Positions 1 to 11,700 of a stretch of DNA of 64,000 nucleotides are shown in pieces. The DNA lies in assembly GCA_018267135.1 (NCBI GenBank), contig JAFDZA010000015.1, positions 29,402 through 93,401 of the forward strand. The letters run 5' to 3'. The number at the start of each line of letters is the position of its first letter. The stretch's first letter is position 1. The translations under genes were made by a program, and so were the position numbers. The stretch is from Bacteroidota bacterium. Its GTDB lineage: Bacteria > Bacteroidota > Bacteroidia > Cytophagales > Cyclobacteriaceae. Under the pieces are notes generated by a model. It worked only from the letters and a program-made list of their open reading frames with translations. It had not been told where the DNA came from and ran no database searches.

Positions 1-344
1 AAAGCCATCATGCCATGTTTTTGAAAATATTCTTGGGTGAGGTCCACATATTTTTTTCGATAAAAAAAATTTTCTTTCCGGTGGCTGAAATAATTTCCAA
101 ACCACCGGCCGAAAAAATAACCGGTAGTGGTACCCAGCGTAGCGGCTATAATAAGTAAAATCATCAGCTCGGCTACAGGTAGTTTTATGAAATCGGTTTG
201 GCAAAACAGACCGGCTGTAAACAAGAGGGAATCGCCCGGAAGGAAGAAGCCAAAAAAGAGGCCTGTTTCGACAAATACAATAATGAGCAGGAGGGCAACC
301 CCGCCCAGACGAATGATGGTTTCAGGACTTAAAGATTCAGGCAT
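1..344 (-). CDS. DedA/VTT family membrane protein (partial, runs off the window start)
   Basis: Not in the ORF track; translated by hand from ATG at 344: MPESLSPETIIRLGGVALLLIIVFVETGLFFGFFLPGDSLLFTAG...; the FVETGL...LPGDSLLF motif is typical of DedA; in-frame TGA immediately upstream. Confidence 0.85.
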   Translation of the reverse strand, partial: MPESLSPETIIRLGGVALLLIIVFVETGLFFGFFLPGDSLLFTAGLFCQTDFIKLPVAELMILLIIAATLGTTTGYFFGRWFGNYFSHRKENFFYRKKYVDLTQEYFQKHGMMA

Positions 345-481
345 CGTTCAGATTTTTTGCAAAATACAAATTTCGAAGTTGACACGGCTTCTTTTGATCG
401 GGCCGCCATCAGTATGAATGAATTGAGTTTGGTACTAAAAAAATTAGAAGGCGAAGACTGTATGTTTAAATATAGGCACCT

Positions 482-516
482 GCAATCGGTTGCTTTGCTT
501 TTTTGGAATCGTTTGC
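482..516. promoter_or_regulatory. Two putative LacI-family operators upstream of susC
   Basis: GCAATCGGTTGC (482-493) and GGAATCGTTTGC (505-516) fit the LacI-type palindrome GCAAnCGnTTGC; a similar site lies upstream of the first GH65 gene. Confidence 0.5.
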
Positions 517-662
517 GTAAAAAAATATGTAAATTTTTAAAGAAAATACACATTACAACCTTACCTTTAGTTGTAGTGGAGTAGTAGATTCTTTTTTTAC
601 TGCTCTGCTTAAGTAAACCCTAATTTTTAGTACTTATAATCAAAAACCCTAAATTCAATTCT

Positions 663-3600
663 ATGATCAAATTGTATCTGAATGCGTGCAGGTACCTTTC
701 GGTTTTGTTGTTGCTCATGGCTACTACGGCCTTTGCCCAGCAAACCGTAACAGGTAAAGTAACCTCAGCGGACGATGGCAGTGTCGTACCCGGAGCGAAT
801 ATTCTCGAAAAAGGCACCGGCAATGGTGCGGTAACCGATGCCGATGGCAAGTTTACTATTTCGGTAGGAGCCAATGCTACTCTGGTGGTATCGTTTGTTG
901 GGTACACTACAGCCGAAGTAGCCGTGGGAAGCCAAACTACCTTAAATATTGTGCTTAATCCCGATATTCAGGCATTGTCTGAAGTAGTTGTGGTAGGATA
1001 TGGCACGACTAAGAGTAAAGACCTGACCGGTTCGGTAGCTGTGGTTGACAATGAGAATTTTAATAAAGGGGTTATTCAAACACCCGATCAACTATTTCAG
1101 GGAAGAACACCGGGTATTAACGTTCTTCCTTCCAGCGGGGAGCCCGGAGCAGCTTCTACTATTACCATTAGGGGTTCCTCTTCCGTTAGAGGAAATCAGG
1201 ATCCATTGTATATTATAGATGGTGTTCCGTTAGATAACAGCAACGCCATGCTATCCAGCCAAAGCGGAGTAGAAGGTTCTACCACCCCTAAAAACCCGTT
1301 ATTGTTTCTAAACCCGAACGATATAGAGAGTATTACGGTATTGAAAGATGCGTCTTCGGCTGCTATTTATGGTTCGCGTGCGGCCAATGGCGTTATTATC
1401 GTAACTACGAAAAGCGGAAAAGGAGCCGGTAAGAAAGGGTCGTTTTCTTTTAGTACCTATGTTGGTCTCTCAAATCCGTTAAAAACATATAACCTTCTCA
1501 ATGCGCAAGATTTCTCCAAAGGTGTTGCCAAAGAGTTGGTATCGGTAGGGGTAAATGCCGACTCGGCAGCCGCTCAGGTAATGCGGGCACCCTTGTACAG
1601 AGGAAGTTCTACCGATTGGCAAAAACAAATTTATAGAACAGGCGGAGCCGTTTCTAAAGGCTATAACTTGGGATGGGCCATGTCTAACAAAGGAACCATG
1701 CTCCGGTTAAGTGGTGCTTACGATAACCAGGAGGGGATTGTAAAAAACAGCAACATGGAAAGGCTGACCGGAAGAATAAATTTTGCACAAAAGTTTTTGG
1801 ATGACCGCCTCAAACTGGATGTGAGCGGTACCTATGCCAACATTAAAAACTCGTATGTGCCCAATTCAAACAATGCCGGTTACCAAGGCAGTTTAATAGG
1901 AGCGGCCATTATTTTTAACCCGACTGCCCCCATCCATAACCCTGATGGTACGTTCTTCGACCCGGGCGATGGAAACCGGAACCCGGTAGAAATGCTCTCT
2001 TACTTTACAGATAATGATGTAACCAAGCGGTTGGTTTCCAGCGTTCAGTTGAGCTACGAAATAGTAAAAGGCTTAACCGCGAAAGGCACGTTTGGTTATA
2101 ACTTTGTTAATACCGAGCGCAAATCGTTTGCCGACCCGCGGCTGAGCAGCAATGCCTTTGGCGGATTTACTTCAGTAGCGGGCGTAAATTATCCCAACAC
2201 CATTCAGGGAAATGGCCGCGCTGTTTACCAATACCTTACCAACAATTCGTTGCTGACGGAGTGGACACTAAACTATACTAAAAAGTTTGGTGAAAATACC
2301 ATTGATGCCGTAGGCGGGTTTGCCTATCAATCTTTTGAAACGTATAACCATGCCGATGTAGCCTGGGGGCAGCAAATGACAGACCCGCTCACCCATACCA
2401 TGCGCCCCATTACGTATGCCAGCGATCCGTTCATTAAAGATATTAACGCCTTCCGCTACAAAGGAGATGCCTACATTCCGTCATATACCAAATACACGTT
2501 GGCTTCTTATTTTGCCCGTGTAAATTATAACATCAGCGAGAAATACTACTTTACCGGTACGGTTCGGGCCGATGGGTCATCTAAATTCGGAAGCAATAAT
2601 AAATATGGTATTTTCCCGGCCGGTGCGGTGAAGTGGAAATTTTTGAAAGAAGATTTTGGATCTGCGCTAACCGGTTTGTTCTCTGATTTTAGTTTGCGTG
2701 CCAACTATGGTAAAATGGGTAGCCAGGATGGATTGCCTCCCTATGCGGCTGTAAATCTTTACCAGAATTACACTCCTTACGGAAAGATTACACCTCAACA
2801 AATCTTTGTTAATCAGGCTAACAATAACCTGAAGTGGGAGTCGGCCACTACCTTAGGTGTAGGGTTAGACTGGGCCATTAAGAGCGGACGCTTGTCGGGT
2901 ACGATTGATTACTTTAACACTCAACGCAAAGACATGATTTTCTATGGCCCTACTCCGGGTGGTTTTGGAGGCGGACCTAACGAGTGGCAAAACTTATCGG
3001 GTGTGGTAATTAACTCCGGGTTGGAGTTTAACATGAAATATGAAGTGATTCAGCGCAGTAAGTTCAACTGGAATATTGCTTACAATATGACCTTCTACCA
3101 CAACACGTTAAAGCAATTTAACCAGCCTCCGTTGCAGACCGGGGCTGTAAGCGGCCAAGGTCTGTCGGGCGCTTATGCTCAGGTAATACAGAACGGGCAA
3201 TCGTTATTTAGCTGGAATATGCCGGTTTACCAAGGGCTTGATGCCAATGGCTATGCGCAATATGCAGATGGTGCCGCCAATAAAATTGTGGGAAGTGCGT
3301 TGCCTAAATTTGGTGCCGGTTTAACTAACAATTTTAGCTATGGAAATTGGAGTTTATCCGTGTTCGTTAATTCATCAACCGGTTTCTATACCTATAACAA
3401 TACAGCCAATGCCTATTTTCTGGCAGGAAGTTTAAAGACCGCCCACAACGTATCGTACTCCGTATATAACTCGAACGAGAACGGCATTAACCCCGGAGCG
3501 GTTTCTACCCGGTTCCTGGAAAAAGGCGATTTCATCCGGTTATCAAACGTTACGCTCAGTCATAATTTCAAAGTAGATGGCAAGTACATCAAATCTTTGT

Positions 3601-3767
3601 CGTTGAGTTTGTCTGGTCAGAACTTGTATTTGTGGACCAAATACACCGGGTTAGACCCGGAAGTGAACGTGGATAAAAACATGAACGGGGTGCCTTCTCG
3701 TGGCTTTGATTATGCGGGCTACCCGAAACCACGGACGTATACGCTTGGTTTGAACATTGGCTTCTAA
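663..3767 (+). CDS. susC: SusC/RagA family TonB-dependent outer-membrane transporter
   Basis: 1034 aa; signal peptide, N-terminal CarboxypepD_reg-like domain, plug motifs (PLYIIDGVP, NPNDIESITVLKDASSAAIYGSRAANGVIIVTTK), C-terminal YPKPRTYTLGLNIGF; followed by SusD. Confidence 0.95.
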   Translation: MIKLYLNACRYLSVLLLLMATTAFAQQTVTGKVTSADDGSVVPGANILEKGTGNGAVTDADGKFTISVGANATLVVSFVGYTTAEVAVGSQTTLNIVLNPDIQALSEVVVVGYGTTKSKDLTGSVAVVDNENFNKGVIQTPDQLFQGRTPGINVLPSSGEPGAASTITIRGSSSVRGNQDPLYIIDGVPLDNSNAMLSSQSGVEGSTTPKNPLLFLNPNDIESITVLKDASSAAIYGSRAANGVIIVTTKSGKGAGKKGSFSFSTYVGLSNPLKTYNLLNAQDFSKGVAKELVSVGVNADSAAAQVMRAPLYRGSSTDWQKQIYRTGGAVSKGYNLGWAMSNKGTMLRLSGAYDNQEGIVKNSNMERLTGRINFAQKFLDDRLKLDVSGTYANIKNSYVPNSNNAGYQGSLIGAAIIFNPTAPIHNPDGTFFDPGDGNRNPVEMLSYFTDNDVTKRLVSSVQLSYEIVKGLTAKGTFGYNFVNTERKSFADPRLSSNAFGGFTSVAGVNYPNTIQGNGRAVYQYLTNNSLLTEWTLNYTKKFGENTIDAVGGFAYQSFETYNHADVAWGQQMTDPLTHTMRPITYASDPFIKDINAFRYKGDAYIPSYTKYTLASYFARVNYNISEKYYFTGTVRADGSSKFGSNNKYGIFPAGAVKWKFLKEDFGSALTGLFSDFSLRANYGKMGSQDGLPPYAAVNLYQNYTPYGKITPQQIFVNQANNNLKWESATTLGVGLDWAIKSGRLSGTIDYFNTQRKDMIFYGPTPGGFGGGPNEWQNLSGVVINSGLEFNMKYEVIQRSKFNWNIAYNMTFYHNTLKQFNQPPLQTGAVSGQGLSGAYAQVIQNGQSLFSWNMPVYQGLDANGYAQYADGAANKIVGSALPKFGAGLTNNFSYGNWSLSVFVNSSTGFYTYNNTANAYFLAGSLKTAHNVSYSVYNSNENGINPGAVSTRFLEKGDFIRLSNVTLSHNFKVDGKYIKSLSLSLSGQNLYLWTKYTGLDPEVNVDKNMNGVPSRGFDYAGYPKPRTYTLGLNIGF

Positions 3768-3771
3768 AAAA

Positions 3772-5412
3772 ATGAATAGAAATACTATGAAAACAACATA
3801 TAGCTTAGTTTGGAAGAAAGGAATGGTGGTGCTGATGGTGGTTGCGCTGGTATCTTGTAATCTGGATGTTAAGATTAAAGACCCCAACGTAATATTGCCT
3901 GTATCGGCTTCGGGGGCTCCCCAGCCTCAAAGTATATCACAGATATATAACCAGTTGAGCGGCCTCACCACCGATCAGGGAGACTGGTTTGCCTTAGGCG
4001 AGCATACAACGGATGAAATGATGGGCCCCACCCGCGGAACGGACTGGGATGATTTTGGAACCTGGCGCAAGTTGCACCTCCATACCTGGGATGGAACCCA
4101 TAATCAAATCGTAACAGCCTGGAACAATCTGCAAGCCGGCTTGTTTCAGACTACCCTGTTGGCCGAAAGCACAACGGCTGCTGCTTCAGATATTGCGGCT
4201 GCCAAATTTTTGCGGTCTTTCTGGAGATACATGTCCATGGATTTGTTTGGTGTAGTGCAACACCGCCCGGCTACGGCTGCATCATTAGATTTGCCACAAG
4301 TATATACCCGCTCGCAAGGGTGGAGTGCTACCGTGGGCGAACTGAGAGGAGCTATTGCCAACCTGCCCGCCTATAACGGAACCAACCGCGGGTTGGCCAC
4401 CAAAGAAGCGGCCTATTTTCTGCTGGCTAAATTGTATTTAAACCGGGCCGTGTTTCAGGGCGACCCCACTAAACCGGCCGGGCCTTTTAATTTTGCCAAA
4501 ACCGATATGGACTCGGTGGTTTACTATGTAGATCAGATTACAGCCAACGGTATGTTTTCCATTGCCAGCCACTACTGGGATAATTTCTCGTGGCAGAACG
4601 GAACCAACTCCACCGAAAATATTTTTGTAAGACGCGTGCAGGACGGGGGCAATATGCGCTGGCCTACCTACATGGGCAACCACTATAACATGGTGCCCAG
4701 CGGGTGGAACGGATTTGTTATCCTGTCAGACTTCTACAATAAATTTGATACGCTGAACGACTCGCGCGCTTTCGATACACTTAAAAACCACACCCGTTAT
4801 TTATTCCGGAATGTGGGCTTCTTAACCGGGTTGCAATACGGCCCGACAGATCCTTCCACCGGTAAACACTATGTAGGCGCACCCAAAGCTGCTTTAACAG
4901 ACCGAAGCGGAAGCCCGCTGGTATTTACTAAATCGGCCAGCCTTTTCTTCTCTACCGAGGCCAAAGGATATCGCTCAAATAAATACCCGTTAGATCCTAA
5001 TTCTTTAACAGGCTCAGGCGATGGCAGCTCCAGCACCAACGATTATGTTTTTTACCGGTATGCCGATGCCAAATTGATGAAAGCCGAAGCGATTTTGAGA
5101 GGAAGTACTATTTCCAATACCGGCAGCGAAACAGCCACAACCATCGTTAATGCGATTCGTGCTAACCGAAGCAATTATAAAAATAATGCTTTGGCTACCG
5201 TTAGCAATGCCGCCCTGCAAGATGTGCTGGACGAACGCGGAAGAGAGTTGTATCTGGAAACCGTACGAAGAAATGATTTAGTTCGTTTCGGAATATTTAA
5301 CCAACCGGTAACACAACGCAGTGTGGCATCAGACCCTACTCGTTGCTTGTTCCCTATTCCGTACGTAGCACTATCGTCAAACCCTAATTTAAAACAGAAC
5401 CCCGGCTATTAA
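3772..5412 (+). CDS. susD: SusD/RagB family nutrient-binding lipoprotein
   Basis: Lipobox LVSC, FYRYADAKLMKAEA and ERGRELYLE..RRNDLVRF motifs, C-terminal QNPGY. ORF track starts at TTG 3757; ATG 3772 or 3787 is more likely. Confidence 0.93.
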   Translation: MNRNTMKTTYSLVWKKGMVVLMVVALVSCNLDVKIKDPNVILPVSASGAPQPQSISQIYNQLSGLTTDQGDWFALGEHTTDEMMGPTRGTDWDDFGTWRKLHLHTWDGTHNQIVTAWNNLQAGLFQTTLLAESTTAAASDIAAAKFLRSFWRYMSMDLFGVVQHRPATAASLDLPQVYTRSQGWSATVGELRGAIANLPAYNGTNRGLATKEAAYFLLAKLYLNRAVFQGDPTKPAGPFNFAKTDMDSVVYYVDQITANGMFSIASHYWDNFSWQNGTNSTENIFVRRVQDGGNMRWPTYMGNHYNMVPSGWNGFVILSDFYNKFDTLNDSRAFDTLKNHTRYLFRNVGFLTGLQYGPTDPSTGKHYVGAPKAALTDRSGSPLVFTKSASLFFSTEAKGYRSNKYPLDPNSLTGSGDGSSSTNDYVFYRYADAKLMKAEAILRGSTISNTGSETATTIVNAIRANRSNYKNNALATVSNAALQDVLDERGRELYLETVRRNDLVRFGIFNQPVTQRSVASDPTRCLFPIPYVALSSNPNLKQNPGY

Positions 5413-5431
5413 ATCCGGATAGATTTTAACC

Positions 5432-5470
5432 GAAAAGGCCATTACATTTGATGGCCTTTTCTTTTTTCTT
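5432..5470 (+). terminator. Rho-independent terminator after susD
   Basis: Perfect 11-bp stem GAAAAGGCCAT/ATGGCCTTTTC (5432-5461), 8-nt loop, followed by a long T tract. Confidence 0.8.
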
Positions 5471-5477
5471 TTTTTTG

Positions 5478-8400
5478 ATGAAATACATTTTTTTCTCTCT
5501 TGCATTTTTTTTGTTTTTCTCTTGCCAACAAGACAATAAAAAATCACTGTTTACACTGCTCAATCATACAGGGATTGAGTTTGCCAACACCCTGCACGAA
5601 AGCAACGAAGCCAACGTGTTTCGGTACCGCAATTTTTATAACGGTGGCGGAGTAGCCATAGGCGATCTAAACAACGATGGGCTAGCCGATGTATTCTTTA
5701 CCGGCAATCAGGTGTCTAACCGGTTGTACCTCAATCTGGGGGAAATGAAATTTAAAGACATTTCCGCTTCGGCCGGCTTTGGCGAAAAAAAACAGTGGAG
5801 CACCGGAGTAACATTTGTCGATATTAATAACGATGGCTGGTTAGATATATACGTTTGCAATGCCGGCAATATGGCAGACAGTACGCTCCGAAAAAACCAA
5901 CTCTTCATCAATCATCATGATTTAACTTTTACAGAAGAAGCCCGGCAATACGGACTGGACGAAAACGGCTATACCACACAAGCTTCGTTTTTTGATTACG
6001 ACCTCGATGGCGATTTAGATTGCTTTCTGGTAGATAATTCGCCCATTCCGGTGAACTCATTAAACTATGCCAACAAGCGCGATATACCGGCCAAGCAGTG
6101 GAAAGTTCCTTCCATATTAAAAGGCGGAGGCGATCATTTATACCGAAATGATAACGGCCGGTTTAAAGAAGTAACCCAAGAAGCCGGCATCCACGGAAGT
6201 TTAATCAGCCTGGGGTTGGGCGTTATTGTGGGCGATGTTAATCAGGACGGCTATCCGGATATTTTTGTATCGAACGATTTTTTTGAGCGAGATTACCTCT
6301 ACATCAACCAACAGAACGGAACTTTTAAAGACGAGCTGGAAACGTGGGTACAGCACATTAGCTTAGCCTCGATGGGTGCCGACATTCAGGATATTAACAA
6401 CGATGGCTACCCTGATTTGTTTACCACCGATATGCTGCCCGATAATGATTACCGCTTAAAAACAACCGCCACGTTCGATAACTACGATACCTATCACCTT
6501 AAAGAAACATCGGGGTTCTATCATCAGTTTATGCAAAATACGTTGCAGTTAAACAACCAGAACGGAAAGTTTATGGAGATCGCCAATTACAGCAATGTTT
6601 TTGCGTCTGACTGGAGTTGGGGTGCACTGTTCTTCGATGCCGACAGCGATGGCCATAACGACCTCTACATCTGCAATGGAATTCGCTACGATTTAACGGA
6701 TCAAGATTTTATCAATTTTTTTTCCAGCACCATTATTCAGCAACTGGCGGTAGCCGGCCGCAAAGAAGAAGTAAATGATATCATTACGAAAATGTCGTCC
6801 ACCCCGTTGAAGAAAAAAGTATTTAAAAATAATGGCAACTTAACTTTTTCAGAAGTGGGCGATGCGTGGGGCCTTACCCAAACTTCTTTTTCAAATGGTG
6901 CGAGTTATGGCGATCTGGATAATGATGGCGATCTGGATCTGGTGGTAAACAACATCAACCAAAATGCGTTCGTCTATCAAAACAATAGCCGCGAATTAAC
7001 CACTCATTCCTACATAGGATTTTCGTTGAAAGGAAAAGAAAAAAATACTTTCGCTTTGGGCAGTAAAGTAGCGGTTTATTTTGATGGACAAATTGCTACC
7101 CGCGAAATGATTCCCAGCCGCGGGTTTCAGTCGTCTATGGATTACAAAATCCTGATTGGTATAGGCAACCGAACCGCGATTGATTCCGTGAACATTACCT
7201 GGCCCGACCGGGCTGTTACTAAATTAATTTCTCCGGCTATTAACAAAGTGCATGAACTAACCCAGCCCGGCCATCAGGGCGAGGCGCTTAACCCTAATAC
7301 AGCAAAACCCGAAGAGTCGCCTCTTTTTTCGATAGTTCGCTCGAACTTTAAAAAGCATGAAGAAGATGAGTATGTCGATTTTTATACAGAGCGGAATATT
7401 CCGCGCATGCTTTCTAAAGAAGGCCCGCGAGCAGCCGTGGGCGATGTAAATGGCGATGATCTGGAAGATATTTTTATTGGCGGAGCATTGGGGCAGGCGG
7501 GCACGTTATATCTCCAAACCCGATCGGGCGAATTTTTACCCACCAATCAAAGGGCGTTTAAAGATAACACCCAGGAGCAGGTAGTGAGTTTGTTTTTTGA
7601 CAGCGATGGCGATGGCGATTTAGATTTGTATGTAGGAGCAGGGGGCAATAACCAGCCTCCTCGTTCGCCTAAGCTGGCACACCAGCTTTTTAAAAATGAT
7701 GGCCACGGAAATTTTAGTTTAGAAACCGGTGCTTTTCCTGAAAACAATTCTAACGTAGGCACGGTTCAGGCTTTTGATTTTGATGCTGATGGCGACCTGG
7801 ATTTATTTGTAGGCGGCCGCAATACTTCGTATTTATATGGCGTAGTGCCCGACAGCTACTTTTTTATAAACAATGGCCACGGCCGTTTTAGCGAATGGAA
7901 ACAACCAAAAGAGAAGACTAAGTTAGGAATGTTAACCGGGTCTGTTTGGGCCGATGTAACCGGAGACAAAGCTAAAGAACTAATTGTAGTAGGGGAGTGG
8001 ATGCCCCCCACCATACTGCAAGTAACAACTGCTGGTATTACCGAAATAAAATCGTCTCTCAGCAATCGGTGGGGCTGGTACCAAAGTGTAGCTGCCTCCG
8101 ACCTGGATGGCGATGGCCGTACAGATTTAATTTTGGGAAACCTAGGCGAGAATTTTTACCTGAAACCCGACAGCCTGAAACCGGTAAAACTTTGGATTAA
8201 TTTTTTTGGTGTGGACGGCAGCATTCAACAGTTTATGACCCGAACGGTGGACGGCAAAGATGTACCTGTTTTTATGAAGCGTACGATGGAAGAACAATTT
8301 GCTTACTTAAAAAAAGAAAACCTGAAATACACTTCGTATGCCACGAAATCGGCTGAAGAACTTTTTGGAGAAAAGCTAACACGCGAAGCCGTAAAAAAAT

Positions 8401-8795
8401 ATTTTAATTTTTGCCCTTCCGTCATAGCCTGGAATGAGGGAAATGGAAAATTCACAATTCAAAAATTGCCCCCGCAGGTTCAGTTTTCATCCGTTAATGC
8501 CATACAAGTGGCAGATATTACACACGATGGCAAACCCGATATTATTACAGGCGGAAATATTGTTGATTTTACCCCTCAGTTTGGAAGACTCGATTCTAAT
8601 TTTGGAAGTGTATTGATAAATGAAGGCAGCCGATCTTTTAAAGCGCTCACCACCCGGCAAGCGGGCATTCAGGTTTCGGGCCCGGTGCGCGATCTAAAAT
8701 ACATCCAACAAAAAAATAATTACCGGTTATTGTTTCTCCGCAATAATGATTTTCCTGTGCTGTTTCAAAATAATTACCGGCCGCAGGGCAACTGA
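5478..8795 (+). CDS. VCBS/FG-GAP repeat, ASPIC/UnbV (CRTAC1-like) lipoprotein 1
   Basis: Many DxDxDGxxD Ca-binding repeats, central ASPIC/UnbV segment (RGFQSSMD), lipobox FFSC. Start moved from 5448 (inside the terminator) to ATG 5478. Confidence 0.85.
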   Translation: MKYIFFSLAFFLFFSCQQDNKKSLFTLLNHTGIEFANTLHESNEANVFRYRNFYNGGGVAIGDLNNDGLADVFFTGNQVSNRLYLNLGEMKFKDISASAGFGEKKQWSTGVTFVDINNDGWLDIYVCNAGNMADSTLRKNQLFINHHDLTFTEEARQYGLDENGYTTQASFFDYDLDGDLDCFLVDNSPIPVNSLNYANKRDIPAKQWKVPSILKGGGDHLYRNDNGRFKEVTQEAGIHGSLISLGLGVIVGDVNQDGYPDIFVSNDFFERDYLYINQQNGTFKDELETWVQHISLASMGADIQDINNDGYPDLFTTDMLPDNDYRLKTTATFDNYDTYHLKETSGFYHQFMQNTLQLNNQNGKFMEIANYSNVFASDWSWGALFFDADSDGHNDLYICNGIRYDLTDQDFINFFSSTIIQQLAVAGRKEEVNDIITKMSSTPLKKKVFKNNGNLTFSEVGDAWGLTQTSFSNGASYGDLDNDGDLDLVVNNINQNAFVYQNNSRELTTHSYIGFSLKGKEKNTFALGSKVAVYFDGQIATREMIPSRGFQSSMDYKILIGIGNRTAIDSVNITWPDRAVTKLISPAINKVHELTQPGHQGEALNPNTAKPEESPLFSIVRSNFKKHEEDEYVDFYTERNIPRMLSKEGPRAAVGDVNGDDLEDIFIGGALGQAGTLYLQTRSGEFLPTNQRAFKDNTQEQVVSLFFDSDGDGDLDLYVGAGGNNQPPRSPKLAHQLFKNDGHGNFSLETGAFPENNSNVGTVQAFDFDADGDLDLFVGGRNTSYLYGVVPDSYFFINNGHGRFSEWKQPKEKTKLGMLTGSVWADVTGDKAKELIVVGEWMPPTILQVTTAGITEIKSSLSNRWGWYQSVAASDLDGDGRTDLILGNLGENFYLKPDSLKPVKLWINFFGVDGSIQQFMTRTVDGKDVPVFMKRTMEEQFAYLKKENLKYTSYATKSAEELFGEKLTREAVKKYFNFCPSVIAWNEGNGKFTIQKLPPQVQFSSVNAIQVADITHDGKPDIITGGNIVDFTPQFGRLDSNFGSVLINEGSRSFKALTTRQAGIQVSGPVRDLKYIQQKNNYRLLFLRNNDFPVLFQNNYRPQGN

Positions 8796-8798
8796 TCA

Positions 8799-11700
8799 AT
8801 GATAAAACCAACCCTTCTACATATTGTATGGCCGGGCATTTTGCTAACGGTTTTTCTTTTTTCTTGCGAAAAGAAAGAAGAGGATATACTTTTCAAAACG
8901 CTGTCATCCGACCGCACCGGCCTTACATTTGAAAACCGGCTAAAGCCCACGCCTGAATTTAACATGTTTAAGTACATGTATTTTTATAATGGAGCCGGCA
9001 TAGGCGCAGGCGATTTTAATAACGATGGCCTCATAGATCTTTTCTTTTCGGCTAATCAGGGAGAAAATAAATTATACCTCAATGAGGGAGATCTGCGGTT
9101 TAAAGATGTAACAGCCCAGGCTGGTTTTGTAAACGATGGCGGCTGGTATTCGGGCGTGTCGGTGGTAGATATTAATGCGGATGGGTTATTGGATATTTAT
9201 GTGTGCCGGGTAAGTGGAATAGAAACCTTGGCTGGCGAAAATGAACTGTGGATAAACCGGGGAAATAAAAATGGAATTCCGTTTTTTGAAAACCAGGCCA
9301 GCCAATATGGATTAAATTATTCCGGATACTGCACACAAGCTGCTTTTTTTGATTACGATCTGGATGGCGATCTCGATCTGTTTTTGCTTAACCATGCCAT
9401 AGACCAAAACGGAACGTTTGCTCCACGTCATAAATTTGCCGGTACGTATGCCGAAAAAGCAGGCGACCGGATGTATCGCAATGAGGGCACTCACTTTACC
9501 GATGTTACAAAAGATTCTAAAATCAATAGTTCAGCCATCAGCTTTGGGCTAGGCGTGGTGGTTACCGATATCAACCTCGATGGCTGGCCCGATATATATG
9601 TGGCCAACGATTTTCATGAAAACGATTACCTGTACATCAACCAAAAAAACGGAACGTTTGCCGATGAATCTTCCGAAGCGTTTATGCACACCAGTATGTA
9701 TTCAATGGGCGTAGATGCCGGTGATTTTAATAATGACGGACTTACCGATGTAGTAACGATGGATATGCTCCCGTCTGATCCGTACATGATCCGCAGGTCG
9801 TTGGCCGAAGATGATTATGATATTTATTACTATAAAATTAAAACCGGTTACTCGTATCAATATACACGCAACAACTTACAACTAAACCGCGGCCACGGAG
9901 TGTTTAGCGAGATGGGTACCTATGCCGGAATTTATGCTACTGACTGGAGTTGGAGCACCCTATGGATCGACTTTGATAACGATGGATGGAAAGATCTTTT
10001 TGTTTCGAACGGAATACCCAAGCGGATGAACGACATAGATTATGTCAATTATATTTCTAACCGTGCCATACAAGAAAAATTACGAGCCAATAAAATCGAG
10101 CAAAAAGATATGGCGCTGATCAATAAATTTCCGGAGATTAAATTGGCCAACCGTTTTTTTCTGAATACCCACAATTATCGCTTTGCCGATATTTCAGATC
10201 GCATTCAAAATAATGTACCTTCCTTTTCTAACGGAGCTATTTATGCCGACCTGGATAATGATGGCGATTTAGATGTGGTAGTAAACAATGTAGATGATCA
10301 TGCCATGCTATATGAGAATGGCACCAACTCAAAAAAAACGAAATCACATTACTTAGATATCCGGCTAATCGGTGAACGGGGTAATGTGTGGGCGCTCGGA
10401 GCCAAAATTTTTGTGTTCAGCGGAAACGAAACACAAGTGGTAGAGAATTACCCCGTGCGGGGGTTTCAATCTAGTATGCAAATACCGATGCACTTCGGCT
10501 TAGGCCAAGGCAAGGTAGATTCTATTACCCTGGTATGGCCCGATAATACGTTTCAAAAAATTAATCCAATTGTTTCCGATACGGTTATTACGATCCGTAA
10601 AACGGCCAGTCCGAATTTCAATTACAACTTAGTAAACGGAAAAAGAAATAGATCGCCTCATCAATTTGCCGACATTACCCGCCAGTTGAATATTCAGGTT
10701 AAGCACGAAGAAAATTTTTTTCCCGAGTTTACCCGCGAACCGCTCATTCCCAAAATGATTTCTACCGAAGGCCCGGCTCTGGCCGTGGCCGATATTAACC
10801 ACGATGGCCGCGAAGATATTTTTTTAGGATCGTCTAAAACAAGCGTGCCGGTTATTCTGCTGCAGCAAACATCGGGCGAATTTAAACTGTTGCCTCAACC
10901 CGAATTTGAAAACGACTTGATGAACGAAGAGGTAGATGCCTGCTGGGCCGATGTTAATAACGATGGCCACTTAGATTTAGTGGTAGCCAATGGCGGCAAT
11001 GAATTTTTTGGAAAAAACAATCACTTGTCTCCGGTCATTTATCTGAATGATGGCAAAGGCGCATTGAAAAAAAAGACCGATGCCTTTGATGCTATTTTTG
11101 TAAATGCCTCAGCCGTTTGCCCGTATGATTTTGACGGAGACGGAGACCTCGATCTTTTTTTAGCCGGCAGGTCGGTGCCGTGGGAATACGGGGCATCTCC
11201 GTCATCATTCTTACTTCAAAACGATGGTTCGGGAAAATTTACTGATGTTACAAAGTCGGTGGCACCCGACTTGGCCCAAGCGGGCATGATAACAGGCGCT
11301 GCCTGGTGCGACCTGGATCAAGATGGATTGAAGGAACTGATTACGTGTGAAGATTGGGGCGGAATAAATCTCTACTCATACCATAACGGGAAGTTTATTC
11401 AAACAAAATTAACCGAGCGGAAAGGATGGTGGAATTTTGTGTTGCCCGTAGATATTGATAAAGATGGCGACCTAGACATTATAGCCGGCAACCAGGGGCT
11501 TAACAGCAAACTACAGGCAACCGAAAAGCAGCCCGTGCGACTGTATTACAACGACTTTGATGGTAATGGCAAGAAAGAGCAAATTGTTACGTACTATGTA
11601 CAAGGCGAAGAGATTCCATTTATGGGCAAAGGCGATTTACAAAAACTAATACCCACGCTGAAGAAAAAATTTTTGTACGCGGAAGATTATGCCAAGGCTC